Of a stretch of DNA of 16,007 nucleotides, positions 14,703 to 16,007 are shown in pieces. A program made the position numbers and the translations under genes. Every line of letters begins with the position of its first letter. Position 1 is the stretch's first letter. The stretch covers positions 1 to 16,007 of the forward strand of contig JBCAXK010000035.1 of the NCBI GenBank assembly GCA_038534095.1. Reading direction: 5' to 3'. Origin of the DNA: Chlamydiota bacterium. Its GTDB lineage: Bacteria; Chlamydiota; Chlamydiia; Chlamydiales; SM23-39. The notes beneath the pieces are model-generated. The model did not search any database. It worked only from the letters and a program-made list of their open reading frames with translations, and was not told where the DNA came from.

Positions 14703-15698
14703 ATGATTTCCGCTTCTTCTCCATCAGTTTGTTCATCACCGCGCGAATCGCAAGCCGGCTCCCTAAGCTGCGTTCGTCCCGCGCAGTTACAAAGAACTGA
14801 AAATAGAATATTTAAGTTGGAAGGTGTCTCGCGAATTATCCGAAGCTATTTACCACCAATCGACTTTATACTTTGGCATCTAGACTACGCATTAAGAACC
14901 AAAAGGTCTCAAGTTACTGATTACGGATCTTCTGTAGCTGTAGCGCCAAAAGTCCCAGAATGCGTACATGTGTTTCTTAGATCAGAGGAGACAATCACCA
15001 GCGCCCAATTCGTTGATTTAACATGCACAGACAAAGATCAAACATACACACCGCTCGAAATACTCAAAGAAATGCAACAAAGCTATGAGTACACGCGCAC
15101 CTTTGAACATGACTTCACCTTTGATATGACTGTATACCCAACAGTCTCAATCATTCAACGCATGGCTCCAAAGCTCCTGAATATCCTTTATTATTATTGT
15201 GCGCAGTACCTAAATGCGCCTTTTTTTTCCCTAGAAGCAACGTTTTCTGCTCTTGCCGCCCGAAAAGTAGAGAAGCCCAATAAAACTTTCACCAATATTC
15301 CCTATTGTATTTTCAAATATCTCCGCACTTTCTCAATAAGCCCATCTGGGGGAATAGTAAAAAAGAAAATACAGGAAAATCTCGCCCTTGGATTCATGAC
15401 AACCCTGACGAGCGGAAATCATCCACAAGGGCCTCGTGAAATCATTGAAGATGTAATGGATAACGCGCCAGGCCAATTATCAAGGGATCAACTTAACACC
15501 ATCGGAGGAGCTTTGCTTGCACTGAAAATACAAACAACAGACAAAGCAAAAAAAGATTGGCAATGGTTTTTTAACTTACCAAATAGCCATAAACCGAATA
15601 TCGTCTCTTTGCAACAGGATTTTAAAACCGATGCTGGAATTGCTAAAATTTCTTCTTTAGCCGACATTAAGCATGTGCTCGAAAATACGAAGTACTAG
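14703..15698 (+). CDS. Hypothetical protein with Ser-rich N-terminus and F-box-like segment (candidate effector)
   Basis: 331-aa ORF with 9 Ser in the first 22 aa. Residues 36-57, IFKLEGVSRIIRSYLPPIDFIL, loosely resemble an F-box. Confidence 0.75.
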   Translation: MISASSPSVCSSPRESQAGSLSCVRPAQLQRTENRIFKLEGVSRIIRSYLPPIDFILWHLDYALRTKRSQVTDYGSSVAVAPKVPECVHVFLRSEETITSAQFVDLTCTDKDQTYTPLEILKEMQQSYEYTRTFEHDFTFDMTVYPTVSIIQRMAPKLLNILYYYCAQYLNAPFFSLEATFSALAARKVEKPNKTFTNIPYCIFKYLRTFSISPSGGIVKKKIQENLALGFMTTLTSGNHPQGPREIIEDVMDNAPGQLSRDQLNTIGGALLALKIQTTDKAKKDWQWFFNLPNSHKPNIVSLQQDFKTDAGIAKISSLADIKHVLENTKY

Positions 15699-15699
15699 A

Positions 15700-16007
15700 T
15701 GAAATCCTTGGATCGAGAGCTATTGTAATATCGCGGGAAAAATCCGATATAACTCCAAAGATCGCCCCGATTTTCATCAAAACTTCTTCTCTATCTCCTC
15801 GTCCCAACTCACTATGGCTACTTTCAACGATATCCCGTTTTTGCGGGATCTATAAGCTTGAGACATGTTGCTCATCTACGTACGAAAATTTCTTCTTTTT
15901 TATCTCCAGATTCCTTTCTAAGCATTTTTTATACACTTCTGCCTATTCATTTCTACTTTCACAAGGCTCTCATTGCCAGCATTTTACCTAGGTTGTAATG
16001 AAAAATG
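15700..16007 (-). pseudogene. Possible degraded TPR-like gene fragment at the right edge
   Basis: Broken minus frames give IFHYNLGKMLA / AEVYKKCLERNLEIKKK...SSL*IPQKRDIVES..., with several stops. The TPR resemblance is by eye only. Confidence 0.2.

Overview
Chromosomal window most consistent with an environmental member of Chlamydiota. This is an inference from the L27 start MAHKKGQG, a short ObgE, and a Zn/Mn ABC transporter lying next to rplU-rpmA-obgE. Right half (8.85-14.6 kb) is core or core-like: tRNA-Ser(GGA), CPD photolyase, znuA-C-B-like ABC operon and rplU-rpmA-obgE, followed by an orphan Ser-rich ORF with an F-box-like motif (candidate effector). Downstream of the tRNA 3' end (about 3.1-8.85 kb) is a decaying accessory region. 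It holds three intact genes: an APH(9)-like phosphotransferase, an ATPase with a C-terminal PD-(D/E)XK-like domain, and a Fic AMPylase with a predicted C-terminal wHTH. Around them are probable remnants of three IS families (IS5, IS481, IS1634), none of which appears as a recognisable transposase in the ORF track, plus a truncated SDR and a 64-bp diverged copy of the Fic 3' end that brackets the ATPase-Fic pair as a direct repeat. The left end has a tight DUF2237-SelO gene pair and an orphan effector-like ORF with a strong sigma70-type promoter. The best candidates for an undescribed system are the repeat-bracketed ATPase-nuclease + Fic module and the DUF2237-SelO pair. Both functional readings are inference. 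All family assignments come from motif recognition by eye; no database searches were run.
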